DNA of 64,000 nucleotides from an uncultured Poribacteria bacterium (GTDB lineage: Bacteria; Poribacteria; WGA-4E; WGA-3G). Positions 20,118 through 30,503 of the stretch are shown here, piece by piece. Both the position numbers and the translations under genes were made by a program. Where the stretch lies: NCBI GenBank assembly GCA_951813565.1, contig OX638351.1, positions 1,376,001-1,440,000 of the forward strand, in the 5' to 3' direction. Numbering within the stretch: position 1 is the stretch's first letter; every line of letters begins with the position of its first letter. The notes under the pieces were generated by a model that saw only the letters and a list, made by a program, of their open reading frames with translations, did not search any database and was not told the DNA's origin.

Positions 20118-20270
20118 TTACTTCCCTTCCGGATATTTCAATTCTTCCCAAATAGAGTGCATCTGCCACACATCCATTGAAACAATCTTCGCCTCGCCAC
20201 CAATAGCAAATAGTGAGATGCCGTTGCTATCATCCTGCAGCAGATAGGCACGAGCAACAGCACATTGCCG
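20118..20270 (-). pseudogene. C-terminal remnant of a GH32 glycosidase
   Basis: Translates RQCAVARAYLLQDDSNGISLFAIGGEAKIVSMDVWQMHSIW, aligning with the C-terminus of 21314-22870. Confidence 0.65.
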
Positions 20271-20472
20271 TGAAAATAGCGGAAATAGCTTATCAATAAC
20301 GTGAGTTTAATAATATAATTCAATAACCACTGTCCGTTGGGTAGAACGGAATACACAATAAAATCGGACATAAAAGTGTGTGAAACCCAACTCTTAATTA
20401 CTTCCAATACGGTTGAATTGTTGGGTTTCGCTGCGCTCTGCCAAGTTTCACGGACAAGTAGAGCTTAAAGGT

Positions 20473-21129
20473 TTAAAAACCGCTACTTTTTACAAACTTA
20501 ACGAATTTCCACTTATTTCCAACAGGTTTTATGGATATTTTGTCAAGAATATTAAACATCCCATTAGGGGGTAGAGGGTCTATAAATGTTACGTGCATCT
20601 TTTCTCCAGATGCCTTTTGCACTACAGCGTCACTGATGTATGCCTTGCCATCTTTAATAGTAAAATTCGGTATCGTCACCAATTCTACCGTAATCGCACC
20701 AGTGGTAGGCTTAACAATGGCATTTGTAGTTTTTGAAGGGCTGTCTGAAGATCGAATTTGCTTCTCTCCAGATGCATCTATTATACGAACCAAGTTGTGT
20801 TCATTGCTGGACAAAAGGGTAACACCTCTATCGGTGTTTTTATTTCTTGTAGATATCATTGAACCCTTTTCATCTGTGGTAAGGGATACTATATTCTTTG
20901 CAGGTGGAAAGGGTTCGCTAATGAGGGTGATGTTACATGTTTTGCCATCTACGGAAAGGACGATATTATTCTTCTGATTTGCATCTCCAATAAGAATGCT
21001 TTCCTCAACATGTAATTTTTTCACACTTTGCCAATCATTGTCTGCGCCTATATTGTCTATACTACCAGCAATATATCCGATAGTAGCTACGAATCCTCCC
21101 AAAAGGATATATCCAATTTTCTTCAACAA
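20473..21129 (-). CDS. Hypothetical membrane-anchored/secreted protein
   Basis: N-terminal hydrophobic segment; SD AAGGAG before TTG. Confidence 0.6.
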   Translation of the reverse strand: MLKKIGYILLGGFVATIGYIAGSIDNIGADNDWQSVKKLHVEESILIGDANQKNNIVLSVDGKTCNITLISEPFPPAKNIVSLTTDEKGSMISTRNKNTDRGVTLLSSNEHNLVRIIDASGEKQIRSSDSPSKTTNAIVKPTTGAITVELVTIPNFTIKDGKAYISDAVVQKASGEKMHVTFIDPLPPNGMFNILDKISIKPVGNKWKFVKFVKSSGF

Positions 21130-21313
21130 GAGTTAATCTCCTTATTTTTATGGCATGTTATAAGAGTTTTTCCGTACAGTCAACTGCGGTTTAGAGTTGA
21201 ATTTTTATATCACAATGCGTCTCTCACATGGCTATTCAATTCGAAATTTTGGTAGTCGCAATTAAGGCACGACTACCAAAACTTCTTGGGCGAACTAAGA
21301 CAGCGGAAATTTC

Positions 21314-22870
21314 CTACGCATAAATGTTTTTCATCTGCCAAGCATCCAGCGATTTGAGTTCACTGTCTTGCCCTTGAGAACGCAAAGATACACCAACACT
21401 ATCTTCTCTGTCGGGATAGACGCGCATCGCGACACATTGCCGTCCATTAGCGAATACTTCCACAACACTCTTGTCAACAAACACACGCAATTTGAGCGTT
21501 TCGTCTCCCAGAATTGAAAGTGTACCAGTTTCGGGCGCACGCGAACGCACATCCGGTGCTATAGATGAATACGAAGAATCAATCGTTAGCAGGCTATCGC
21601 GAACATTTCTGTCTGAATTGAGGTTTCGCATACCGCGTTCTCTGAAGAAGGCGATACGTGTAAATTCCTCTTTCTGAGGGGAACGAAGAATGTTCAGTTC
21701 AACCATTGGTGCGCTTTTCGCGTCAATTTCAAACTCAAGTTCCATGGCGTTGCCCTTTATGTTTTCTAACACAACTTCTTCGTTAGCAGGAAGTGTTGTC
21801 GCATCAACATGCTGGTGGTCATATCGCAACGATTCAATATCGCCTGCAGGTTCAATACCGATTTCATCTTTAGAGAGAAGTGTCAAACGGCGCGGCAACG
21901 TCATAATCTGATTCCAACCCTTCGTGGGTTTTGCGGGGTTCATGTTATAGATTACGATGATACCACCTTCACCATCAGGTGTCGCAGAAGGTGCGTGGAC
22001 ACCAGCGGGCGATGCCGCCCCGAAATTGTTTTTCGCACCTGCTGTTACAACGAACTTGTCGCGTGCTTTGTCGTAATCACCAAGTAGGTATTGCCCACCG
22101 CTCATGTGGCTAAAAAATAGAAGCATGTGTCGGTCACCTATCGGCCAAAAATAGGGACAAGCACCATCATCGCCGACCAACGTGTATTGATCATCTTCAA
22201 CGAATGGATGCAGATAGACCCAGTTCGCCAAGTCTGCTGAGCGGAGTAGGAAGTTGGCGCGAACCGGTTTACCGCCAGGGCCGTTCGGCAGCGTTCCACC
22301 CGATAGCGAGTAATACATGTCATCCTTCTTCCAGATGCATGGATCAAAGACACGATAAACAGGTGTTGTGCCATCAGCATGTCTTGAGGGAATGACTGCC
22401 TTACCAGATACCTTCTCCCAATTCAGAAGGAGTGGATCACTTGAAACTGCTACCATATTGCCGACAACCGTCCCATGATACATCGCAATCACGCGGTCTT
22501 CTTCCACAAAGGTTGAACCGGAGAAACAGCAGCGTTCCGGATTCGGATAAATAGCGTAGGGTAGATCACGCCAATGGATAAGGTCATCGCTAACGGCGTG
22601 TCCCCAGTGCTGCCGTGTATCTTCAGGTGGATATGCTTGGTAGAAAAGATGCCATTGTCCCTGCCAGAAGCAAAGCCCATTTGGGTCGTTAAGCATCGCT
22701 TCTGGGTTGATGTAGTGGTAGATTGGACGATGTGGGTCGCCTTCGTAAGTCTTCCGATAATCATTCAACCGTTGCATCAACGGATTTGTCTTTAACTGTT
22801 TTTCCTGTTCTTCCAACGTTTCCGCGAAAGTATAGTGCGGTACTTTAGAGGTGAAGTCTTCGTTAGCCAT
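21314..22870 (-). CDS. Glycoside hydrolase family 32 protein
   Basis: LNDPNG, HWGHAVS.DL, FSGS, FDP and C-terminal LRVFVDKSVVEVF. Confidence 0.92.
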   Translation of the reverse strand: MANEDFTSKVPHYTFAETLEEQEKQLKTNPLMQRLNDYRKTYEGDPHRPIYHYINPEAMLNDPNGLCFWQGQWHLFYQAYPPEDTRQHWGHAVSDDLIHWRDLPYAIYPNPERCCFSGSTFVEEDRVIAMYHGTVVGNMVAVSSDPLLLNWEKVSGKAVIPSRHADGTTPVYRVFDPCIWKKDDMYYSLSGGTLPNGPGGKPVRANFLLRSADLANWVYLHPFVEDDQYTLVGDDGACPYFWPIGDRHMLLFFSHMSGGQYLLGDYDKARDKFVVTAGAKNNFGAASPAGVHAPSATPDGEGGIIVIYNMNPAKPTKGWNQIMTLPRRLTLLSKDEIGIEPAGDIESLRYDHQHVDATTLPANEEVVLENIKGNAMELEFEIDAKSAPMVELNILRSPQKEEFTRIAFFRERGMRNLNSDRNVRDSLLTIDSSYSSIAPDVRSRAPETGTLSILGDETLKLRVFVDKSVVEVFANGRQCVAMRVYPDREDSVGVSLRSQGQDSELKSLDAWQMKNIYA

Positions 22871-22973
22871 AGTTTCTCCTCTGCATAATGTCTATGAGAT
22901 ATATAGTTTTAACATAGCATAGTATTGGTTGCATGTCCAGAAAAATTGTCGCTTATACAGAGGGATTTAGATT

Positions 22974-23086
22974 ATAGTGAAATCCATAATTATCTGGACA
23001 TTGGCGAGGTTAGGAAACCTCGCCAGCGCGAGTGTATGGGGATTGTTATTCATTGAAATGTGAACATATTTTCGGATTTTACTATA
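22974..23086. mobile_element. IS630-type MITE carrying a hairpin
   Basis: TATAGTGAAATCC...GGATTTTACTATA termini; internal GGCGAGGTT-AGGA-AACCTCGCC. Confidence 0.7.
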
Positions 23087-23207
23087 AACAGAAAGGGGTT
23101 TTCGGCGGGAAAAGTAGAAGAGAATTGATTTCTTTGAGATTAGGAGATAGGAGTTCGTTGTAGAAAATGATTAAATATTCATCATCAAACGGGACTTGGA
23201 ATTGGCT

Positions 23208-23292
23208 TCAAGATGTGGTCTCTGCAGAATTAAATTTAACGATTTCTTCCCAAAGTATGTTACCGTCAGCATTGCAAAATTTTGTAGGCATA
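23208..23292 (-). pseudogene. Possible C-terminal remnant of a type II restriction endonuclease
   Basis: KFCNADGNILWEEIVKFNS resembles, from memory, the FC..DG.I.W..(L/I)V.FNS tail of PmeII/EcoO109I-like enzymes; lies right after the MTase. Confidence 0.4.
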
Positions 23293-23294
23293 AT

Positions 23295-24142
23295 TCAAAT
23301 AGTTGTCCTCATCTCGTGCTCAATCTTAAATTGTGTCGGTTTGATGTTCTCTTTGGCAACCTGATAATACTGAGGAAAAATTTCAATACCAGCGGAATTC
23401 CTTAACAACTTTTGAGCAACCTGACAAGTCGTCGCTGAACCTGCAAATGGGTCAAGCACCCAATCATTTTCTTGCGTAAACAATTTGATAAACCATTCAG
23501 GCAATGTCTTGGGAAAAACAGCACTATGTTTCCTATTTCCTGTTTCTGTTGCTAAGTGCAAAACATTTGTCGGATACGCCATTTTTCGGTCTAACCAATT
23601 TGAAACGTTTTTACCAAACCCGCTGCCTACCTTTGACGTATCTCGACTCTGATCTGTCTCGCTGAGATTTTTCAATCTTTTTTGTGCCCAATTTCCCATC
23701 GGTACCATAACAGCCTCTTGATACATATTGAACTTTTTGGTTTTGTTAAACTGTAGACATCTTTCCCAAGCATCTCTGAATCGGTTCGGCCATTTGCCCG
23801 GATAGCTATTTTTTTTGTGCCAGATAAACTCTTCTGTCCACAACCAACCCTGTTTTTCATTTCAAGTATCAACTCAATAACATAGGTATGCCGTTCTCCG
23901 TTGACGGCTTTCTCTTTAATGTTTAGGATGAATGTGCCAGATGGCTTGAGGACCCTTAAAAATTGTTCAGCGCGAGGCATAAACCAATTCACATATTCAT
24001 TAGGATTGATCCCACCGTACGTTTTTGATCGGCGGTCCGCATACGGAGGAGAGGTCACAATCAGGTCAAATAAATCAGTTTCAAAATTGGACAGGACCTC
24101 TAAACAATCTCCAAGATAAAGGTCTGTTTTTATTGCTGTCAT
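23295..24142 (-). pseudogene. Beta-class N4/N6 DNA methyltransferase, frameshifted
   Basis: TSPPY in 5' ORF; HSAVFP and VLDPFAGS in 3' ORF; ATG AAAAA CAG near 23853-23857 lacks one A for MKKQGWLWTEE. Confidence 0.88.
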
Positions 24143-24356
24143 TGCATGAGCTGCCTTTTACTATCCATAAATGCCATTACAGTGTGCGGGAGAACATTGT
24201 AGAACAAGTATCTATCAAATAGTACCATATTTCCTCTGAAAAGGTCAAGTCAAAGATTTTAGTGTAAGGCACACTATGAATTACGCCACTACAAGCAATT
24301 ATGTTGCATCAATTAATTGTTGCGAAAAGCACGGATAATTGGTATTCTCTCATGAA

Positions 24357-25832
24357 ATGAAAAGGCAGATTGGACAAGTTTTTACCCCCATAAAATGGGC
24401 AGAATGGCTCATCAATAAGTGGAACATTTTTGATGCGTGGCTTGACGGCGCACATATCTGCGACCCGACAGCGGGGCAGGGTGCGTTTGTGCTTACGATG
24501 CTCCATATCGCGCGAAGCAGAGGAATTCCTATTACTACCGAACGTTTGTCCCGTCTGACGCTTATTGAGATAGTTCCCTCACATCTTGATCAGTTCAGAA
24601 AAAATGTGCAACAAGAATTTGGTGTTGATTTTCCAACCTCTCAAATCTTCTGTCAAGATGTTATCACGGAGACGCATACGCAACAATATGACATTCTCAT
24701 TGGGAATCCGCCGTGGGCAAACTTCGGAGACTTACCTACGGCTTACAAAACAGAAATTAAACCCTATTTTGTTCAAGAAGGACTTGTTTCGGATACGCAA
24801 CGGACGCTTTTGGGTTCTTCTCGCGTTGATATAGCTGCATTAGTGTTGAAAGTTGTTTTGGGGAAACTACTCAGAAAGAACGGTTTGGGATTTTTCTATC
24901 TTCCCACGTCTCTCTTTTTTGGTGATGGTGCGCATAACGGATTTAGAAATTACAATGCCGATCTCCGTAATTTTGCTGTGGATACTGTCTATGAATTTAC
25001 ATCTATTAAAGTGTTTGATGGGGTTAACACTGCATACTGTTGTGCCAAGTTTCAAGGTGATACACAACAGAAATTTCCTGTCACATATTTCAAAGAGTTG
25101 GACAGAAATTGGGTTGAACATAAGGCTTTACCGCTCAAAAATCCTGCTGACCCCTGGCGGATCGTTCAAAACCTTGACGAACTCAAGGCAGGCGCAACAC
25201 TTGAAATCAGATTGACATCTGAACAAAAGCCACGACAAGGCGTGAATACATGCGGCGCGAATAGTGTCTTTATCTTTGACCACAAACCTTCGCATCTCCC
25301 CCAAGGATTTCTATATCCTCTTGCCAGCAAGGAGATGTGGCGGCAAAATGTATTATCGCCTCACAAATGGATTCTGCTGCCGTATCATCGGGAAATCGGA
25401 AAACCGCTCACATGGGATCAAATCAAAAAATATGACGCATTGCGGAACTATCTTCAGCGCTACCAAGACCAACTACAAGCAAGGAAAGGCACGATGCTGC
25501 GTGCGTCTATGAATAGAGGGAGTTGGTGGGCGATGCTTGGTGTTGGTCCCTATTCGTTTGCACCTTTCAAGGTGATATGGCAGGCGTATGGGAAGAATCA
25601 ATTTAACCCGATTATATTAAGCAGTGTAGATGGGCAGATGTGGCAAGGCAATCAGGCGATGCATGCGTTTATTCCATGCTGGTGTGAAGATGATGCACAT
25701 AGGATAAAGACAGCGCTTGAGAACCCTGAAATTCCGATATTGTTGCGGCAACTCAATGGGGCAGGAAAGTGTAACTGGGCACAACCGGGAAAGATAAAGA
25801 AGATGCTATCGTTTGATGAGGTTGAAAAGTAG
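24357..25832 (+). CDS. Gamma-class N6-adenine DNA methyltransferase (TaqI/Eco57I-like)
   Basis: GQVFTP, DPTAGQGAF (motif I), GNPPW (motif IV), C-terminal TRD-like region. Confidence 0.85.
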   Translation: MKRQIGQVFTPIKWAEWLINKWNIFDAWLDGAHICDPTAGQGAFVLTMLHIARSRGIPITTERLSRLTLIEIVPSHLDQFRKNVQQEFGVDFPTSQIFCQDVITETHTQQYDILIGNPPWANFGDLPTAYKTEIKPYFVQEGLVSDTQRTLLGSSRVDIAALVLKVVLGKLLRKNGLGFFYLPTSLFFGDGAHNGFRNYNADLRNFAVDTVYEFTSIKVFDGVNTAYCCAKFQGDTQQKFPVTYFKELDRNWVEHKALPLKNPADPWRIVQNLDELKAGATLEIRLTSEQKPRQGVNTCGANSVFIFDHKPSHLPQGFLYPLASKEMWRQNVLSPHKWILLPYHREIGKPLTWDQIKKYDALRNYLQRYQDQLQARKGTMLRASMNRGSWWAMLGVGPYSFAPFKVIWQAYGKNQFNPIILSSVDGQMWQGNQAMHAFIPCWCEDDAHRIKTALENPEIPILLRQLNGAGKCNWAQPGKIKKMLSFDEVEK

Positions 25833-25934
25833 ATTCAATTGAAAATTAAGACGGAAAGTTGCTTTTACAGCGAAAGCGAATGTTTTGTATATTTGGGGAT
25901 ACAACTGCATGGTATCCCCAAACATTGATTCAAA

Positions 25935-26675
25935 TTATCGTAAAGATTTCAGTTGTGCCCATGTTGTTGCTAATTTTCCTTCAGGTTCAACATCAAACGC
26001 ATTGTCCCAGCCGTGTGTCAGTTGCTGAATCTCTTTTTGGTCGAGAGCGCGACTGAGAATGACAATCTCATCAATGCCACCGTGGTAAGTCTCAGAAGCA
26101 AATTTGAGTTGAAGCGGTGAACCTTTGGCGATCTCACCATTCCACTTTGGATCCCATGCTGCCTTACCAGCATCCAGTGCTCCGTTAGCGCTTTCTGGTT
26201 CACCATCAATATACATCTCCATAGTTTCCCCATCGTATGTCGCAGCGACATGGTACCATTTTTTCTGTTCTAACTCTGTTTTGCCATAAAAACCAGGTGA
26301 GAGCCCTGGTGTCCAGATTCTAAACGAAAAACTGTTAGGGACAGGTTCACCAGCAGATTGGTCTTCTAACAAATATGCACCATTTTTTCTAATACCTGTA
26401 TCTGAGTCTGCATCAACTCGGAACCATGCAGCAATTGTCAAACCTGTTTTGATGCTTAAGATGCTGTCCGAATCTTGAACATCAATACTGCCTCCACCTG
26501 CAGCAACGACAGCCTGACCGAACTTACCATCTTCAAATTTGAAATCCCCGTTAACCTTTCCATCATTTTTGTTTCCTGACGAATCGTCAGCATTGCCTTC
26601 AAACAGCCATACACCAACGATCGCTTCGTCGTTTTGCTCAAGTGACCATGAAACAGCACAGAGACATAAGAGCAA
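25935..26675 (-). CDS. LamG/concanavalin-like domain protein with TTWxxLK tail; 5' end abuts the IS
   Basis: WYHVAATYDG..M.MYIDG, GGIDEI; C-terminus VEPEGKLATTWAQLK. Confidence 0.85.
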   Translation of the reverse strand: MLLCLCAVSWSLEQNDEAIVGVWLFEGNADDSSGNKNDGKVNGDFKFEDGKFGQAVVAAGGGSIDVQDSDSILSIKTGLTIAAWFRVDADSDTGIRKNGAYLLEDQSAGEPVPNSFSFRIWTPGLSPGFYGKTELEQKKWYHVAATYDGETMEMYIDGEPESANGALDAGKAAWDPKWNGEIAKGSPLQLKFASETYHGGIDEIVILSRALDQKEIQQLTHGWDNAFDVEPEGKLATTWAQLKSLR

Positions 26676-26689
26676 CGCTATACTTATAC

Positions 26690-28064
26690 GTCATAGGTAC
26701 CCACTACCTAAAGGTAGGGGCTTGTGCTTCCTCGCGACTGCGGTTTTCGCTTAGCGTCCACCGTCTTATTGTCGCTCCACTTTAGGCAGCCAAGCCTGCC
26801 CGTTTGATATTGATAGCAGCATTGATGTCTCTGTCGTGGTGTGAGCCACATTTGGGGCATGTCCACTGTCTATCTGATAGAGAGAGTTCTTCGTTATGGT
26901 ATCTACATGCACTGCAAGGTTTTGTCGTTGCTGTCCATTGACTGATTTTCGCCAGTTTTTTGCCGTGCTTCGCACACTTCTGTTCCAATATCTGAAGAAA
27001 CTGGTAGAAAGAATGGTCAGAAACTTTACGCCCCCATAATCGTTTCATACCGTCAAGGTTCAGCGTTTCCAAAATGAGTGTGTCAAACTCTACACAAAGT
27101 TTTGAGGCAAGTTTCCATTGCCAATCTTCTCTTTGTCGGGCAACTTTTCTGTGTTGTCTTGCCAAAGCACGGCACGCACGATAATAGTTGTTAGAACCTT
27201 TGACTTTACGACTGAGTGCTTTGTTGAGAGATCGCAACGTGTTGAGTGATTGTTTGAAAAACTGCGGGGATTCTATTGTGTCCCCTTCGTCGCTTGTGAG
27301 GAATGTTTTGTTTCCGTAATCAAATCCTGCGCTCTTACCCGTCTTGGGTTTGGGTTCGGAATCGTCAACATTCTCGCACGAAAAGCATATCCAATAGTCA
27401 CCGCACCTGTCACGTTTGATGGTGATCGTCTTGATGACACCTTTGATTTCACGGTGTTTGTGAAAGGAAAACCATGTATCTATACAATTGATTTTGATAC
27501 GCTTATCTTCCAATGTATAGCCAGCTTGAGTGAATGTCATAGAATTGTATTTGTGTCTCGGTTTGATTTTCGGTCTACCGACTTTACGCGTTGTTTTGCC
27601 CGCTTTTCGGTCTTCGATATTCTCAAAGAAAGCGTCTTGAGATTTACCATAACGCAGCACAACGTCTTGCACAACTTGGCTCGGCAAGTCTGCCCAATGC
27701 GGTTTTGTCCGCTTTTTGAGTTTCGCAACATGTGCGTTTATACGATACGCGGATAGGTTCTTTCCAAATATAAGGTAATACCTACGTGCCAAACGCATGA
27801 TATGCACGTGGATTTCCCACATATCGTCAAGCAGGTTGCCAAGTTTGTGTGTGTTCTTTTGGTTTTGTATCTTATATTTATAGGTTTTTCTCATGATATG
27901 CTGTTTCTGTGAAGAGTCCGTTTCCCATTGTAGTGGTGTGGCAGCTGCTACAACAACTACCACTGAAACGGTCTAATTAGTATATCAGGGTTTCATTTCA
28001 ATGTCAAGGTTTTTGCCCGTTTACATCCCACAAGCTAAAGCATGGGGATTTGACGGGAAGAGCG
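26690..28064 (-). mobile_element. tnpB-only IS200/IS605-family element, copy 2
   Basis: Left end near-identical to 11891-12062 and preceded by TTTAA; right-end hairpin ending TGAC. Confidence 0.85.
26782..27894 (-). CDS. tnpB: TnpB RNA-guided endonuclease (intact)
   Basis: MRKTYKYKI start; RuvC GFDYG / LETL / DRDINAA; CSAC...CPKC Zn finger. Confidence 0.93.
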   Translation of the reverse strand: MRKTYKYKIQNQKNTHKLGNLLDDMWEIHVHIMRLARRYYLIFGKNLSAYRINAHVAKLKKRTKPHWADLPSQVVQDVVLRYGKSQDAFFENIEDRKAGKTTRKVGRPKIKPRHKYNSMTFTQAGYTLEDKRIKINCIDTWFSFHKHREIKGVIKTITIKRDRCGDYWICFSCENVDDSEPKPKTGKSAGFDYGNKTFLTSDEGDTIESPQFFKQSLNTLRSLNKALSRKVKGSNNYYRACRALARQHRKVARQREDWQWKLASKLCVEFDTLILETLNLDGMKRLWGRKVSDHSFYQFLQILEQKCAKHGKKLAKISQWTATTKPCSACRYHNEELSLSDRQWTCPKCGSHHDRDINAAINIKRAGLAA

Positions 28065-28118
28065 TTAAAGTGTGGCATATCTTGACAAAAAATAGATCAT
28101 GGTATGTGCGCTTTTTTA

Positions 28119-29036
28119 CTATTTGTGCGTATGTGTTTCAGATAGGACTTTTTCAAAAGCGTAGGTCCAGTCAACAACTTTATAACCACAGTTGCTGTAA
28201 AAAAGCAATGCGAGATTATTGTCCCAACTCGTGCTGAGCGACGCGTGGCGGTAGCCGACTTTGTGCATCTCTTGAAGTGAGTACTGAAGTAGGAATTTAC
28301 CTAAACCTTGTCCCTGAAACGCATCTTCAACACCGATCCAGTCGGTATAGACCCAGTTTTGTGCGTCCGGATGGGTAGAATACTCACCACCAGAAACGGA
28401 CCAACAAACACCAACTTCTTCACTATCTCGGTGTGCTGTTATGTTACAGTTCGGCAGTTTTCCACGACCTTGCTTCCAATCAACAGTAAGCGTTACCAAC
28501 AAACTTGGAGGTGTTGGTAAAACAGTGAAGTTTTCCCAATCTAAAAAAAACTGTCCATTGCAACGTTGATAACCGTTGAGTCCAAGTAGTGCTTGAACGT
28601 GGTCAAGCCTGTCCGATAAGTGTGCATATTCAAAGTGGTAGAAACGATATCGATAGATTTTAGAAAAAGCGATTATTCGAGAAACGTTATACGTTTTTAG
28701 ATAGGTTTCTGCCTTTTCAAGCACGGTTTGCCCAGCATTTCGCATACCACGTTCGTAACCTACAAAACAGATTACACCTATGCTGTCTCCATCATCTCCA
28801 TTCTGATAATAACCTACGTGAACAAACGCCTGTACCACACCATTTTGCATCGCGACGAGCACCATCTCTGAATCAAGATCACCATGAACATTGTCAGTTT
28901 GATCAGTAACACCGTTTAACGCAAAAGCCAATTCCTTTTCCTTAACCGTATAACAATGGGGAACGTTAGCGGTCAAGCGATTATAAAATTGTGTTGTGGG
29001 TGTAAGGAGGTCGGGCGTATATTGGAGAATCTTCAT
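28119..29036 (-). CDS. GNAT-family acetyltransferase (tandem domains)
   Basis: FQGQGLG motif A; N..ALLFY...GY. Confidence 0.88.
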   Translation of the reverse strand: MKILQYTPDLLTPTTQFYNRLTANVPHCYTVKEKELAFALNGVTDQTDNVHGDLDSEMVLVAMQNGVVQAFVHVGYYQNGDDGDSIGVICFVGYERGMRNAGQTVLEKAETYLKTYNVSRIIAFSKIYRYRFYHFEYAHLSDRLDHVQALLGLNGYQRCNGQFFLDWENFTVLPTPPSLLVTLTVDWKQGRGKLPNCNITAHRDSEEVGVCWSVSGGEYSTHPDAQNWVYTDWIGVEDAFQGQGLGKFLLQYSLQEMHKVGYRHASLSTSWDNNLALLFYSNCGYKVVDWTYAFEKVLSETHTHK

Positions 29037-29054
29037 CTGTTTTCCTATTTCTTT

Positions 29055-29290
29055 TTATGGAACCTCCCATAGCAGGATTGTTCCGTCAGTACTACCACTG
29101 GCAAGTGTTTTCCTATTTGGACTGAACGTTAAAGAATTGACAATCCATTTATGCCCGGCGAAGGTTTGCTTATGCTTCCCGGTTTCTACATCCCATAATC
29201 TTATTTTACCGTTCTTACCCACACCAGCTACTGTTTTTCCATTAGGAGAATACGCAATAGAATCAACCGTATTACTAAACATTTCTCTAT
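29055..29290 (-). pseudogene. C-terminal fragment of a WD40-repeat protein
   Basis: Two WD40 blades (AYSPNG...IRLWD; GH...FSPN..TLASGSTDGTILLWE) with no upstream body. Confidence 0.7.
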
Positions 29291-29366
29291 GATAAGGATT
29301 ATGATCGCGATTTCGCACCAGAACCAGAATAGGAGGAATGAGACGAAAACTTACCACCTATTCCAC

Positions 29367-29400
29367 AGGCAGGTATCCGTTTGGGTATCTGCCTTTACTT
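29367..29400. terminator. Hairpin, probable terminator
   Basis: AGGCAGGTATCC / GGGTATCTGCCT stem followed by T-rich sequence. Confidence 0.5.
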
Positions 29401-29447
29401 TTGCCCACCTTCACTCTTTTACCACTCTTTTGTTCCCTAAATCTCTG

Positions 29448-30140
29448 CTATAAACTCACAAACGATTTCGCCCGCCGCACAATACCAGAAAAATAGCAGA
29501 GTCGATCATAATATTCTATCACCCGTTTCACATACTGGCGCGTCTCGTTGTAACCTCTAAAATACCCGTGCGGTGGTACACCCGCTTCCCAAACTTCGCT
29601 GTGTAATTTCTTATCTTTTTCTGTGAGTAGACTGAGACTTGTCCTAATAGATTCCCACTGATGTGGTTGATCCTTGCGGTGCGTCGCAATTTTCTGTGCA
29701 TCCTTGATATGTCCACGTCCGCCATTATAACTGGCTAATGCAATACGCACACGATTCGGATGTGAACTCTCTGGATAGAGATCGTATAAACTGCGAAGAT
29801 AACGGGTTGCGCCAGCAATGCTTTCATGAGCTTCAAAAGGATCGGTTACACCAAGTTCTTTTGCTGTTTCAGGCATCAGCTGCATCAATCCCTTCGCGCC
29901 AGCAGGACTCACGGCATTTTCGTTAAATCCAGATTCTTGGACAATCAGGGCAGTAATAAGCCGCCAATCCAACTGATGTGTTGCAGCATGTTTTTGGATC
30001 ACCGGACGGTACTTTAGAATCTTTGGGGAAACAGCGAGAAGACGAACACCGTTCCAATCACGGACGAATACGGTAAAGCCTCCAATCAGTAGCGTACAGA
30101 TGATAATTCTCACAAGAATGCGTCTTGTCATCTTTACCAT
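29448..30140 (-). CDS. Lytic transglycosylase (SLT, MltF-like catalytic domain)
   Basis: QESGFN, AKGLMQLMP, ALASYNGG, ETRQYV; N-terminal anchor. Confidence 0.9.
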   Translation of the reverse strand: MVKMTRRILVRIIICTLLIGGFTVFVRDWNGVRLLAVSPKILKYRPVIQKHAATHQLDWRLITALIVQESGFNENAVSPAGAKGLMQLMPETAKELGVTDPFEAHESIAGATRYLRSLYDLYPESSHPNRVRIALASYNGGRGHIKDAQKIATHRKDQPHQWESIRTSLSLLTEKDKKLHSEVWEAGVPPHGYFRGYNETRQYVKRVIEYYDRLCYFSGIVRRAKSFVSL

Positions 30141-30503
30141 GTGAGTCCAACCCTTTCTCGTCAATGTGCGGTAGGTTCGGTTTCCTAACCGAACCGAATG
30201 TACCCGAGTCCGTAGTTTTAGGTTGGGTAGAGCGAAGCGAACCCCACAACTGTCAACTTAAGTTAAGGCACCTTACGTGCTAAATACGCAAACGGTAGGC
30301 GCTGAATGCCATAAAGGTATTCACAGCGTCGATTTTGCGTTTTGTAAACGCGCCGAGACCAGACCTAAAACGAGAGAAACAGAGCGTTTACAAAACGCCC
30401 GTACCAGGGTGAAAAAAACTTGTAAGCCCGATTTAACGATATTCAATCAGAAAAATCGGGGTTGAAAACCCCTCCCACAAGAAGATATATCCTACATTCC
30501 GCA

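Noticed and set aside
27895..27963. N-terminal extension MVVVVAAAT... of TnpB
   Set aside because: It is the structured leader; the TnpB-like N-terminus starts at MRKTYKY.
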